Below are positions 51,007 to 64,000 of a DNA stretch of 64,000 bases, one piece after another (the stretch's first letter is position 1; each line of letters begins with the position of its first letter). Below the pieces are notes generated by a model. That model did not search any database. It saw only the letters and a program-made list of their open reading frames with translations, and was not told where the DNA came from. Origin of the DNA: Mobula birostris (Eukaryota); contig NC_092372.1 of the NCBI RefSeq assembly GCF_030028105.1, positions 58,346,034 to 58,410,033 on the forward strand, written 5' to 3'. The translations under genes were made by a program, and so were the position numbers.

Positions 51007-51374
51007 TAATTAGGCCATTTGGCTCATTGAGTCTGCTCTGGCATTTTATAGCTAATCCATTTCCCTCTTGGCCCCAATTGGCTGCCATCACCCTGTGCCC
51101 CCTCATGCCCTTGCTAATCAACAATCTATCAATCTCTGCCCTTGGCTAAAGAAATTCCTCCTCATCTCCATTCTAAATGGACATCCCTCTATCTATGGAA
51201 AATGGTAAAGCAGTGGTTGTGGAGGGATGGTTTAGTAGCTGGTGGTGTTGAGCAGCCTTGCTGCTTGGGGAGAGTAATGGTGGAGTTCCCGGAGTGGATG
51301 GTATGTAGCCCACCCCCTGATGGAAGTGGGACAGACATGAGCAAGGTGGGTGGGATCCTTTATGATGTTACTGG

Positions 51375-52450
51375 ACCATCATTCCCACTATCCTGATTGA
51401 GAAGTTACAAAATCTGGGTCTTTGTACCTCCCTCTGCTTTTGGATCCTTGACTTCCTAACTGGAAGACCACAATCTGGATGGATTGGTGATAACATCTCC
51501 TCACTGACAATCAACACTGGTGCACCTCAGGGGTGTGTGATTAGCCTACTGCTCTACTCTCTCTATACCCATGACTACGCAAAGCTTAAATACCATCTGT
51601 AAGTTTGCTGATGATACACTCATTGTTGGTAGAAACTCAGATGGAGATGAGAGGGTGTACAGGATCAGGATATACCAACTAGTTGATTGGTGTCGCAGCA
51701 ACAACCTGGCACTCAATGTCAGTAAGACAAGAGAGCTGATTGTGAACTTAAGGAAGGGTAAAACGAAGGAGCACAAACCAATCCTCAAAGAGGGATTAGA
51801 AGTGGAGAGTGAACAGTTTCAAGTTCCGGGTGTCAAGACTGCTGAGGACCTAACCTGGTCCCAACATATCGATGCAGCTATAACGAAGGTAAGACAGCGG
51901 CTATACTTCATTAGGAATTTGAAGAGATCTGGTATGTCAACAAATACACTCAAAAACCTGTATAGATGTACCGTGGGGTGGGGGGGGGGCATTCTGACAG
52001 GCTTCATCACAGTCTAGTATGGAGGGGGGAGGGGCTACTGCACAGGACCGAAAGAAGCTGCAGAGGGTCATAAATTTAGTCGGCTCCGTTTTGGGTAACG
52101 CCCTCCAAAGTACCCAGGACATCTTCAAGGAGCGGTGTCTCAGAAAGCAGCGTCCAGGTCACGCACTTCTCTTACTGTTACCATCAGGTAGGAGGTACAG
52201 AAGCCTGAAAGCGCATACACAGCAATTCGGGAACAGCTTCTTCCTCTCTGACATCCGATTCTTAAATGGACATTGAACCCATGAACACCTTTTTTAATAT
52301 TTCTCTTTTTGCACTATTTTAAATCTATCCAATATACATATACTGTTATTTATTTATTATTCTATAATATGTATTGCATTGAACTGCCGCTGCTAAATTA
52401 ACAAATTTCCTGACACATGCCCGTGATAATAAACCTGATTCTGATTCTGA
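51375..52450 (+). mobile_element. Rex1/Babar-type LINE 3' part
   Basis: [36 protein letters not shown]; AATAAACCTGATTCTGATTCTGA tail. Confidence 0.88.
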
Positions 52451-53994
52451 CTTTGAATCTTTAAAAACATCTGTTCCATAACCCAAGAGAAAACATTGCC
52501 ACTTTGGGACCTGAGCGGCGACTCTTTCAAGCAGAGGGTGGTGAGTAAATGGAACAAACTGCCGGAGAGAGTGGTTTAGGCAGGTACAATATTTTTAAAT
52601 TAAAATAATAGATACATAGAAAGACTGAGAGAAATGGGCCAAATGTCGGCAAACGGCACTATCTTGGTCAGCATTAGCAAGTTGGGCGGAAGATCCCATT
52701 TCCATGCCGGATTATTCTATGACTAATGATAATTACTTATTTTATAAATTCGAATACCAATCCCGTTATTTTAGTAATCAAATGCAATTCAGATTTCTCG
52801 TTCAAAACAGAAAAAAAGTAAATTTTGTTGAGTACTGAAGTAACGATGCATTGTTATGGGCACAATTTAGTTATTAAGCAGAAGTCTCCATCTACCCTCT
52901 CAGCTGGGTGTGAAAGATCCCTTGTCACTGTACCAAGCCTAGTTTCATTCCAAGTGTTCTGGGCAATATCAGAAAACTAAAAAAATGCAGATGCTGTAAA
53001 TTTAAAACAATAACATAAAATGCTGGAAATATTTAGCAGGTTGGGCTACATCTGTTGTGAGAGAAAGAGTAAAAAGATTCTTCATCAGTTTGTTGCTGAG
53101 TCTTTCCAGCATTTTGTGCTTTTCATCACATTGCACTTTGTGTGGGCTTGTTTCGCACAAACTGACGACCACATAAAATACCTCATCTTTCATTGATTAC
53201 ACTTTTAAGGCATTTCATAGCTGCAAATTACCTTAGGGTAATCTAAGAAGGAGGTATTAATTTAAAAATACATTATTTCCATTTCAGATTCATAGAGCAC
53301 AGAAATGGGGCCGAGTCCGCCATGTTCATGCTGACCACGAAATATCGATCCTCTTTCCAGCAGTCAGACCACAAGCCTTTTCTACTACATGCCTTTGTCT
53401 ATCCAGTCTCTGCATGAGAGTGAAACACTGTCCCAAACAATATCCTGATGAATCTTCTCTGCTCTTTCTAGTGCAATCACATCCTTCCTACAATATGTCA
53501 ACTACACTTTCTGGGGGTCTAACGACTTCTATTCTTTGGAACTTCCCAGGATCTTGTCATTCATTGCATATGTACACACTTGACACAAGGATAAAATTCT
53601 TAATTTTTTCCATACACCTTACTGACTCATTAATTATATTAGCGGCGTCTGTTCCTACTTGTGGCCAGCAAAAAAAACCCATAAATTTCCATGTCATCTG
53701 TGAATTTGCTAATCCTGCGTACAGAGTGCCCCTTTGGTCGAGTTTCCTTTGTGTAAAAAATTCTAATTACTGAAACATCGTTAACTCCTTTTTCTCTGTA
53801 GATACTGCTCAACTTGCTGAAATCCTCCAGCAATTCATTTTGTTTCGCTCCAAATTCCAGTATCTGCAGTCTCCTGTGTCTCAATCTTTGGACTCATTTT
53901 ATATATAAAACAGTATACGGTACAATTTAGAATTTCTTGCAGAATTCGACATAAAGACAATATCAGCATGCAAAATAGATGCAAGAATCTCCAA

Positions 53995-54137
53995 TGCAGC
54001 ACATGACGTTTAATGCGCGCGGGGTTATCTCAACGTCATACAGCACGTCATGACGTTGTCGCAGCCAGTGGACGGTGTGACCTGCGACCGAGTGAGCCGG
54101 TGGCGGTCGGAGACCTCATGTGAACAAGCGTTCAGTG
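53995..54137 (+). promoter_or_regulatory. AASDH CpG-rich promoter/5' leader with clustered CRE/ATF half-sites
   Basis: TGACGT 54004-54009, ACGTCA 54033-54038, palindrome ACGTCATGACGT 54045-54056; CpG-rich through exon 1. Confidence 0.65.
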
Positions 54138-54430
54138 ATGTTTCAAACGGCCGAGGGAGAGGTTGGAGTTGACGCCGCTGGTCGTCCGGTAGCGAGAGCG
54201 AGCGGCTTGCACGATCTGGTGCTGCGAGCGGCGGCGGGTCGTGGCGAGAGGACCGCTGTGTGCTACGACAGCGGTGCGGATGGCGGTCGGTTGTCCTACA
54301 CCTATGGCCGGGTTATCGGCCTGGCTGACGAGCTCAGAGAGCGGCTGCAGCTACACTGTGATCTCAGCCGAGGTTATGCCATTGGGTTGTATTGCCAGCC
54401 AACTGTAAACCTGCCCAGCTGCATTTTAGG
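54138..54430 (+). CDS. AASDH: AASDH coding exon 1
   Basis: [10 protein letters not shown]...[10 protein letters not shown]...AVCYD...YTY...[17 protein letters not shown]|gtaat; the exact start codon is less certain. Confidence 0.88.
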
Positions 54431-57400
54431 GTAATAGTCGTTTTCTTACACTGCGCACTTCAGTTTTTTTTATCCGTCATCGATTTTCTTTTCATACACG
54501 CAAGGCAAGACCAAATTAGTGATGATATCCAACACTTTTTAAAATCAGTGTAAACGAGAAACACCCCTGCACGGCACCATTCATTTCGGCATGCACTTCC
54601 AGTGGGAAGTGCGATAGTTCATTGTGTAGTTCATATTGCTGGGGTCAGTGTGGTTAAGCATTCATGGGATGAATGAATGGGAATGGGTGGCGAGAGATTT
54701 TTCTGTTCTGGGTTGCTTGCCAATTCCAGAATACTGATGATCATTACAACCGGGAATCTGGAGCAACACACAATCTGCCGGAAGAACTCATCTTTACCCA
54801 GATGTTTTATCCACATTGTCATTGCTCATGAGCCACATGTACTTAAGTGGCCTTTCTGTAGAAGAGAAATAATTAAACAGAGAGCATTGCAAGATTATTT
54901 TTTAAACCCACTTACTATACTGGACAACATATGGCTGAAAGTAAATATTTCAGAAATAATGGTCTTTGATGTCTCTGTGCACTTTTAGAATTCTTCAAGC
55001 GGGAGCAGCTTTTTGTCCAGTTGATCCAGAAAGTTCACCTCGTTTCTCAGCATATTTTATTCAAATGTGCAAATTGAAATACATCCTTGTTCAGAAAGAT
55101 ATGATACAAGTGAGTTACTGTGCTGTAAAGATATGAGAAAATAATATTGATTAAAAATACTTATTTAATCAATTAACACACATCAAAGTTGCTGGTGAAC
55201 GCAGCAGGCCAGGCAGCATCTGTAGGAAAAGGTGCAGTCGATGTTTCAGGCCGAGAAACACATGACAGATGCTATTTTAAAAGTTTGCTGTAAGCACAGT
55301 GTAGTGTCTGACTACCATGCAAGTGCATGAGACTGATGCTATTTAGAAACTGTTCAGCAAAAATCTCCTGTCCCAATTACGTAGCATAGTGTCCCAAGTT
55401 AATGAAGGGAATTATGGCTATTTTCTCAATTAGTTTTTTTTCTTTAAGAGTTGTCCCAAATAAGTGGCTGCCTTGATTAACCAATGGCCCAATTAACTGG
55501 AATCCACTGTAGTTAATAGGACCAGAAAATTTTAAAGGTGAAGAAAAGTTGAGAATGGTTTTCTTTGAAACTGAGTTGTTGGAGAGGGGGCTTAGTTGAG
55601 AAATATGAAGTTATAAGTAAAGGATTTCATTCCTTCACTAACTCTATCGTACTGAAACATAACTGTTCTTATTTCCTCAGATGTTGCCTAACCTGCAGAG
55701 GGTTTCCAACATTTTGGTTTTTATTCTCATTTACATATTTAATTGGGGAAGGGCAAATTATGAGGCTAGAACTTGCAGGTGTGAATTGGGATGATGTTTT
55801 TGCAGGGAAATGTACTATGGACATGTGGTCAATGTTTTGAGATCTCTTGCAGGATGTTAGGGATAAATTTGTTCCAGTGAGGAAAATAAAGAATGGTAGG
55901 GTGAAGGAACCATGGGTGACAAGTGAGGTGGAAAATCTAGTCAGGTGGAATAAAGCAGCATACATGAGGTTTAGGAAGCAAGGATCAGATGGGTCTATTG
56001 AAGAATATAGGGTAGCAAGAAAGGAGCTTAAGAAGGGGGCATGAGAAGGCCTTGGCGAGTAGGGTAAAGGAACACCCCAAGGCATTCTTCAATTATGTGA
56101 AGAACAAAAGGATGACAGGAGTGAAGGTTAGGACTGATTAGAGATAAAGGTGGGAAGATGTGCCTGGAGGCTGTGGAAGTGAGTGAGGTCCTCAATGAAT
56201 ACTTCTGTTCGGTATTCACCAATGAGAAGAAACTTGATGACGGTGAGGACAATATGAGTGAGGTTGATGTTCTGGAGCATGTTGATATTAAGGCAGAGGA
56301 GGTGTTGGAGTTATTAAAATACATTAGGACAGATATTGTGTTGGGGAAGTCCAGAACGAGGGGTCACAGTTTGAGGATAGAGGGGAAGCCTTTTAGGACC
56401 GAGATTAGGAAAAACTTCTTCACACAGAGAGTGGTGAATCTGTGGAATTCTCTGCCACAGGAAACAGTTGAGGCCAGTTCATTGGCTATATTTAAGAGGG
56501 AGTTAGATATGGCCCTTGTGGCTACGGGGGTCAGGGGGTATGGAGGGAAGGCTGGGGCGGTGTTCTGAGTTGGATGATCAGCCATGATCATAATAAATGG
56601 TGGTGCAGGCTCGAAGGGCCGAATGGCCTACTCCTGCACCTATTTTCTATGTTTCTATAAGTCCCCGGGGCCTGACAGAATATTCCCCAGGCTGCTCCAC
56701 GAGGTGAGGGAAGAGATTGCTGAGCCTCTGGCTAGGAGACGATCTTTATGTCCTCGTCTACGGGAATGGTACCGGAGGATTGGAGGGAGGCGAATGTTGT
56801 CCCCTTGTTCAAAAAAGGTAGTAGGGATAGTCCGAGTAATTATAGACCAGTGAGCCTTACGTCTGTGGTGGGAAAGCTGTTGGAAAGGATTCTTAGAGAT
56901 AGGACCTATAGGCATTGAGAGTATCATGGTCTGATCAAAGACAGTTGGCATGGCTTTGTGAAGGGCAGACCGTGTCTAACAACCCTGATAGAGCTCTTTG
57001 AGGAGGTGACCAGGCATATAGATGAGGGTAGTGCAGTGGATGTGATCTATATGGATTTTAGTAAGGCATTTGACAAGGTTCCACACGGTAGGCTTATTCA
57101 GAAAGTCAGAAGGCATGGGATCCAGGGAAGTTTGGCCAGGTGGATTTGGAATTGGCTTGCCTGCAGAAGTCAGAGGGTGGTGGTGGAGGGAGTACATTCA
57201 GATTGGAGGGTTGTGACTCGTGGTGTCCCACAAGGATTGGTTCTGGGACCTTTACTTTTTGTGATTTCTATTAACGACCTGGATGTGGGGGTAGAGGGTG
57301 GGTTGGCAAGTTTGCAGACGACACAAAGGTTGGTGGTGGTGTAGATAGTGTAGAGGATTGTCAAAGATTGCAGAGAGACATTGGTAGGTTGCAGAAGTGG

Positions 57401-60400
57401 GCTGAGAAGTGGCAAATGGAGTTCAACCCGGAGAAGTGTGAGGTGGTACACTTTGGAAGGACAAACTCCAAGGCAGAGTACAAAGTAAATGGCAGGATAC
57501 TTGGTAGTGTGGAGGAGCTGTGGGATCTGGAGGTACATGTCCACAGATCCCTGAAAGTTGCCTCACAAGTAGATAGGGTAGTTAAGAAAGCTTATGGGGT
57601 GTTAGCTTTCATAAATTGAGGGACAGAGTTTATGAGTCATGAGGTAATGATGCAGCTCTATAAAACTCTGGTTAGGCCACACTTGGAGTACTGTGTCCAG
57701 TTCTGGTCGCCTCACTATAGGAAGGATGTGGAAGCACTGGAGAGGGTACAGAGGAGAGTTACCTGGATGCTGCCTAGTTTAGAGAGTATGGATTATGATC
57801 AGAGATTAAGGGAGCTAGGGTTTTACTCTTTGGAGAGAAGGAGGATGAGAGGAGACATGGTAGAGGTGTACAAGATATTAAAAGGAATAGATAGAGTGGA
57901 TAGCCAGTGCCTCTTCCCCAGGGCACCACTGCTCAATACAAAGGGACATGGCTTTAAGGTAAGGGGTGGGAAGTTCAAGGGGATATTGGAGGAAGGTTTT
58001 TTACTTAGAGAACGGTTGGTGCATGGAATACACTGCCTGAGTCAGCGGTGGAGGCAGATACACTAGTGACATTTAAGAGACTACTAGACAGGTATATGGA
58101 GGAATTTAAGGTGGGGGCTTATATGGGAGGCAGGGTTTGGGGGTTGGCACAACAATGTGGGGTGAAAGGCCTGTACTGTGCTGTACTATTCTATGTTCTA
58201 TGTACATATCACTGCTTGCTTATTTATTTATTAACATAAAATAAACATTTTACATCATGTTTGTTTTCAGCCATATTAGCTTTGTTTTTATTGAATAATT
58301 ATAGTTTTTTGAAGTCTATTGTTTTGAAAGACAATATATAATATTGTATCATAACTTTATATTACAGAAATTCAGAGACTCATTTTCAGCTTGGTTGTCC
58401 ATTAATGTTGAGTGTGATATACCAAAACTAAATTTCGTGCTTGTGAAGATTCAGTGGCTGCTGACGGATGTGGATTCCTTCGCTTCAGAGCCCAAAAGCA
58501 AAGAAAATGTCATTTGCAGTAATGTAGAAGCTTTAAAAGAAGGGAGGTTGCAGACAACTGATTCGGATAAAAGAAGTCATGAATATAAATATGTTGACTG
58601 CCGTGGATTTTTGGCCTATATTTTGCAAACTTCAGGTACTACAGGAGCTCCAAAAATTGTTCGAGTACCTCATCAATGCATTGTTCCCAATATACAGAAT
58701 CTCATGTAAGTTTAACCACAAGGGATGTTGTACTTTGAATTTCAGATTTTATCAATGTCACGGTGTTAAGGAGATATGATAAATTGGATACAACTGAATA
58801 ATTTCCACTGCTTGGGGAATTTTGGGCAAGAAGCAATAAGCTACATTTCAGTAGAGAAATTAGAAAATGCTTTGTACCTAAGGTTTAGAAGCGCAGAATA
58901 TATCTTGATGATCATTGATGTTGGTAGGTTGTTAACTTAATGTAAGGCTTATGGTTTAATGTTAGTCAAGTATTAAGGGATATGGGGAATCAGAGCAGAG
59001 TCAGGAAAGAATGCTCATCAGCCTTGGCATTCTTGAGAAACAAGATAATTTGCTCTCCCTATGAAGTAGTAGTAGTCGATGTCTCTGTGGGGCATTTTTT
59101 TCGGTCTGGGGTGCCATTGCACACCAGGTACTTTATCATTGTGACACAGCAAGATCTTGGGTCAATGGTAAAGAAACACAATATGATAGAAGGTCAGAAT
59201 CTGCTGCATGAATGTAACACCAACATGTCCAAGAGGATTCTTATAAGTAAATTGACACCAAGCCACAAATGTTATATTAGGGCAAATGACCAAAACATCT
59301 TGGCTAAAGAGATAGGTTTTACAAATATCTTAAAGGGAAAAAGAGATGTAGAGAGCCACAGATGTTCCAGCAAGGAAATTCCAGAACTCCACAGCCTAAG
59401 ATCTAGGTGGTTGAAGGCCTGACTGCTAATAACGAGCAATTAAATTTGAGGAAATGCAAAAGTAATTGGTGACTTTGGGGTTTTGGACAGAACAGCCAGT
59501 GCTCTTGAGGGTACATTGGAATTATTAGACATGGATAATGGCTTTTGCAATAGATCTGGCTGAAGTGTATCTGATGTTCTTAAAGAAAGGCCAGATTATC
59601 TTAATGAAATAAGTGCTTGGTTTAAAGCTGAACTTGTTTCGTGTTACACACAGGTTACCAATAATCTGGTTAATTTTCTGACATTGACATGGAAAATGAT
59701 GTGATCATTATCTGTGAAATAGTATTTTGTGATAAGAACTAATGGCAGTTGCTTTGGTTTTCCCAGTATTTAGTTGGAGGATATTCCTTCTCATTCATTA
59801 CTGGATATCGAGTAAGATGTTTGACAGAGGCAAATTGCTGCAGATGCATAGAACACAGAACATAGAAAACCTACAGCACAATACAGGCCCTTTGGCCCAT
59901 AATGCTGTGCCGAACATGTACTTACTTTAGAAATTACCTAGGTTACCCATAGCCCTCTATTTTTCCAAGCTTCAAATGTGGAAAGAATTCAAAAAATCAG
60001 GCAGAACCTGGTGGTGGAGATGTAGGGTTCTAGTTTTGGGAAATATGTTTCATCAGACTAACCATTCATCATGTCTTTGCCTGATGAAAGTTGGTCATAG
60101 ATACTGAAAGCTTTGTGACAGTGATAAATTCAATGATAATTATATAGAGTTGGTGATGAGGTAAAGATGGAAATCACAAGCATGCATCCGACAACTAACC
60201 TTTTGGAATATGTCACCAAGAAAACGCATAATAGTTAAGAGGTAGAACATATTCAGCAGGATAAATTTATTCAAGTAATTTTTAAGTTTCCAAATCTTTC
60301 TTGAGTCAAATACATAGTTCAAAATTCCCAAGTTTAAAGTAAATTTATTGTCAATGTATGTATATATCACCGAATACTACCTTGAGGTTCATTTTCTTGC

Positions 60401-63400
60401 AGGTATTCACAGTAGAACAAAGAAATGTATAATCAGTGAAAAACTACACACAAAGACCCACAAACTAAGTTCAATCAGATAAATGTCTGTATGCATATTG
60501 ACAACTAAAACAAACATATTGTGACAAAGAACCTACTGTGAAAAATGGAAACTCAGGCATGCTAATAAAATTGTCCAGGGAATCTGAGGTAGCATCAAAG
60601 ATTATTGCAATTTCTTTCAAAGATATTTTTGAAACTGCCCTTGTCAGTCAAACTTCTGCCTGTGCTTTTGGATAGTGTATCTTGAAGGTGTCAATTGAAA
60701 TCTTTGTCAGGGAGAGAGGCTGTTCATTTCACCCCTTCTTACTAGTACAGTACTGTGCAAAAGTCGTAGGCACTTGTAAAAAAAAATTCTCTGAAGCAAA
60801 GATGCTTTCAAAAATAATGAAATGAAAAGTTTCTAAATATCAAAAAATTACTGTAAAGAGCAGAAAACAGTTTAAAAAAAGTGAATCAAATCAATATTTG
60901 GTATGAGCACCCTTTGCTTTTAAAACTGCATCATTTTTCTTAAGTACACAGTCGTGCAGTTTTCCTAGAAAATCGGTTGGTAGGTTGCTTCAAACATATT
61001 GGAGAACTTGCTACAGTTTTTTTGCAGAGTTCGGCTATCTTGTTTGCTTCAGTCTCCAGGTAATCCCAATGATGTTGAGATCAGGACTCTGGAGGCTATA
61101 CCATCTGAAACTGTATATTTAAAAAAAAATTGGCTGCTTAAGACTTTTGCACAGTACTGTAGATGGAAGATACAAGAACTATTTAGAAATTTCAATTTAG
61201 AGGCAATCTTAAAATGGAATCTTAAGTTTTAACAGGCTTGGAAAATAAAACTAGCACATTTGTTTCAGGTCTATTAAAAACAGAAAAAAATGATATTTGT
61301 TTATTTAACAATTTGTTTATCTACCTCAGGGTGTCTAAAACTGTTCAGCCAATGAAATAATTTTCCATTCGATTCAGTGTTGTAGCAGGTATTCACAAGC
61401 ACTATTGTGATGAAAGGCAGATTATTTTTAATGATATGTTGGTAGGTTTACTACAATACAGAACTGAGATTAAACCACGCTTGTAGTGCCATGTGAGATA
61501 AATATTGGTCACGCAGTTAAGTTAATTTCCTGCTGCTTTTCTAAATAGTGCCTTAAAATCTTCTGAATCCCCCAGAGAAAGTAAGTAAAGCCTGTCACAG
61601 TGAGAACTATCTTCATACTAACCTGGAGTTTCACCATGCGGCATCATTCTCCAATGCTCAAAGTAGGAGTTGATCCCACAATTGAGAAATCACAGTCGAT
61701 GCAATTCTTTTTGTAATGGAAAGGTAGAAAATCTGGTAAGCCTGAAGGGTTGAGATTTACCTTGCCCAATCCCGTTTTCATGAGCTGAGGTTTTTCTCAC
61801 CTAGGCTTATTTAGTAGTATTCCAGCTATTTGTTATTATTGAATCTATTATGTTAGGGCCAACAAATAAGTAAAATAGCTTAACAGTTGGTGTTTTGATT
61901 AAACCAAAAGCCATACTCCGACTAGATTGAAGTATGAATTCCTTGTTTTGTTATTAATTTAAAATGAAAGTTTACCATCTTTCTTCCAATGTCAAATTAC
62001 TTCCAATTGCACATTCACTGTGATCTTACTGCAGTAAAATATTTCTTAAAATCTTGAACTTAGCAAGCTTCATTATTGCAGCTTTATTTACCTTTCTATT
62101 TGTTCTATTTAATTTTGTTTTGCAGGTCAATCTTTGATGTTTCATCAGATGATGTAATTTTTATGTCCTCTCCTCTGACATTTGACCCTTCAATTATTGA
62201 AATATTTATGGCCTTATGCAGTGGAGCCACACTGCTTATTGTTCCACCAGTTATTAAAATGATGCCAAAGAGACTAACAGAGATTCTTTTTAATCATCAC
62301 AAGGTGTCTGTAATGCAGGTATGGTGCTATCAGAGTGGTATGGAAGCTATCATTATGCTTGTCACATAACATTGGCTTGCAACTTATTTGTAAGCCTAAT
62401 TATAGTTTCTTTACATGAACCTACTTGTAAAAATATCGTCAAGTATTAAAACAAAACAAACTGATTAGCAGAGTGCTAATATTTATTGCATGGAGCAAGT
62501 TTGCTAAAGCTGAATAGAATTGTGGTTAACCACTTACAGTACATTGCTGAAAATGGTTGTGGGATCACACTAAATTGTCCATGATAATTTAAATAGTTAA
62601 TGAATGACCTAACTGTAGTTCTCAAGGTATTAAAGGTGGTTAATAGAGAGGAGAGCGAGAAGTTATTTACACTGTTTGAGCGTAAAATTTAGTATTTCAA
62701 GTCAAGAAAGACTGTATATGCAAAGGATGTATAAGTTTGCAGCTTTTGCAGAAAACAAAGTCATTTGATATTAAGTGATAAGGCTGAAGAAGAGGAATAT
62801 TACAAAACTGAAGTGAAGGGAAGGGGTATACAACAAAGTTAGTTGGTAATATAGAATTTGGTTTCAACTTTTCAGCCATGATCTCACTGAATGTTGAAAT
62901 AGGTTGAATGCACTAAATAGATTACTATCTGATCTTTCACCAAATATTGACTACTGTAGATTACAGCCATTTGATTTGAACTGCTGTTGCTTATCCACTA
63001 CTTTTTGAGCCAATATTTTTTTAATGATGTTTATGTAAGTACAGGATTGTGTTGGCTGTGGTGCTCATTCAAGTTAATTAGCCAATAGTACTTGCCACCT
63101 AACTTCATATTTGAGAAATAACCTTTTGAAAATGAAAGTTTAGCCAATGTTCAAAGAATTGTATCTCATTATGGGTTTGATTCTCAAGAAATGACGATGT
63201 AAAATTAGGAATCAAGCAACAAATTGCTGTAATCCTAGTGTAGATCTTTATAATGTGAATCTTGAAATATAATGACAAATTAATTCTATCTTTTTTAAGG
63301 TTACACCGACATTAATTAAAAGTTTTGGATCCAAAATTCTGGCCTCTGTAGTGCTTTCAGATAATTCACCTCTGCGTGTGTTAGCAGTTGGTGGTGAACC

Positions 63401-63541
63401 ATTTCCTCCATTGTGTGTACTGAACAGTTGGCGTGAAGAAGGAAACAAAACCCAAATTTACAATCTATATGGCATTACCGAAGTGTCATGTTGGGCCACG
63501 TACTACAAAATTCCTGAAGAAATCCCACATAGTACAAGACA
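54138..63541 (+). CDS. AASDH: AASDH / ACSF4 beta-alanine-activating enzyme, 5' part (adenylation domain); gene continues beyond the right edge
   Basis: Exons 54138-54430, 54989-55109, 58368-58705, 62126-62318, 63300-63541 splice in frame. Motifs [32 protein letters not shown]-binding [49 protein letters not shown]. Conserved position downstream of PPAT. Confidence 0.95.
54989..55109 (+). CDS. AASDH: AASDH coding exon 2
   Basis: 121 nt; [40 protein letters not shown]|gtgagt. Confidence 0.94.
55175..55258 (-). repeat. Penelope tail truncated in hammerhead stem II
   Basis: Near-identical to 9356-9430; stops at GGCCGAGA. Confidence 0.8.
55265..55509. repeat. Right part of the MITE family seen at 30172-30948
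   Basis: Shared sequence ending CCCAATTAACTGGAATCCACTG-TA. Confidence 0.75.
55739..58202 (+). mobile_element. 5'-truncated CR1 with a nested CR1 3' fragment (~56336-56656)
   Basis: Candidate TSD TACATAT (55732-55738 / 58203-58209); RT motifs; TTCTATG tail; highly similar to 16235-17430 in opposite orientation. Confidence 0.92.
58368..58705 (+). CDS. AASDH: AASDH coding exon 3
   Basis: 338 nt; KFRDSF...[31 protein letters not shown]|gtaagt. Confidence 0.94.
59845..59972 (-). repeat. CR1 3' terminal fragment
   Basis: Matches 22591-22720 (CATAGAAAACCTACAGCACAATACAGGCCC). Confidence 0.8.
60748..61159. mobile_element. Tc1/mariner MITE (412 bp)
   Basis: Perfect 18-bp TIR CAGTACTGTGCAAAAGTC; TA TSD on both sides. 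Confidence 0.88.
62126..62318 (+). CDS. AASDH: AASDH coding exon 4
   Basis: 193 nt; [40 protein letters not shown]...VSVMQ. Confidence 0.95.
63300..63541 (+). CDS. AASDH: AASDH coding exon 5
   Basis: 242 nt; [10 protein letters not shown]...[12 protein letters not shown]...[17 protein letters not shown]. Confidence 0.95.
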
Positions 63542-63689
63542 GTAAGTCTACATAATGTATAATATGAAACGTGGGAAATAAGTGTTCAGAAACACTCCAT
63601 GCTGAACTAATAACTTCAGAGGCTATTCAACTCATGGGGTCTATGCTGGGTCCCATTGTGGCACCAATTTTTGATTGGACTTATTTTTG

Positions 63690-64000
63690 CAGTAATGAGA
63701 CAGCCTACGGAGGACAGGTTGACACCCTGACACAGTGGTGCCAGGATGACAACCTCTTCCTCAGTGTCCAAAAAACAAAATAGCTGATTGTGGATTACAG
63801 GAGGAATGGAGACAGGCTCGGCCCAATCAAGATCAATGGGTCTGCAGTTGAGAGGGTGAGTAGTTTCAAGTTCCTCTGTTCCGCGTCACCAATGATCTCA
63901 CATGGACTGTGTACACCAGCTGTGTAGCAAAAAAGTACAACAGCATCTCTTCCACTTCAGACGACTGAAGAAGTTAGGCATGGGCCTCCAAATCCTCAAG
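63690..64000 (+). repeat. Rex1/Babar RT fragment
   Basis: NETAYGGQVDTLTQWCQDDNLFLSVQKTK*LIVDYRR...[10 protein letters not shown]. Confidence 0.75.

Noticed and set aside
16235-58239. RT/endonuclease ORFs as functional or domesticated genes
   Set aside because: All are frameshifted or stop-interrupted fragments of CR1, Rex1 or Tc1.
60045-60112. CTGATGAAAG...CTGAAAG as another hammerhead
   Set aside because: No stem I/III pairing or NUH triplet; at best a decayed Penelope tail. The same applies to ~31160 and ~39810.
1-64000. CRISPR arrays, rRNA, snoRNAs, U12 introns
   Set aside because: No regularly spaced repeats or rRNA; no convincing C/D or H/ACA structure by eye; all identified introns are canonical GT-AG.

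Overview
Vertebrate genomic DNA. The repeat repertoire (CR1, Rex1/Babar, V-type SINEs, Penelope tails) suggests a cartilaginous fish, probably a ray; this is inference. The window carries the conserved PAICS <- -> PPAT -> AASDH block. PAICS (- strand) shows its first 6 coding exons and runs off the left edge. It sits head-to-head with a complete 11-exon PPAT (+ strand, 513 aa) across a CpG-island bidirectional promoter. AASDH (+ strand) shows its first 5 coding exons and runs off the right edge. All listed exons have GT-AG boundaries and consistent phases. Introns and intergenic DNA are dense with transposons: a near full-length CR1 with nested insertions, a Tc1 IR/DR element, MITEs, a solo LTR, a young tRNA-derived SINE and a possible Helitron end. 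The most notable signal is a family of Penelope-like element tails carrying minimal type I hammerhead ribozymes. One intact ribozyme (9409-9445, - strand) forms exactly the loop of a perfect 53-bp hairpin, and truncation/inversion junctions of other copies cluster at the ribozyme.
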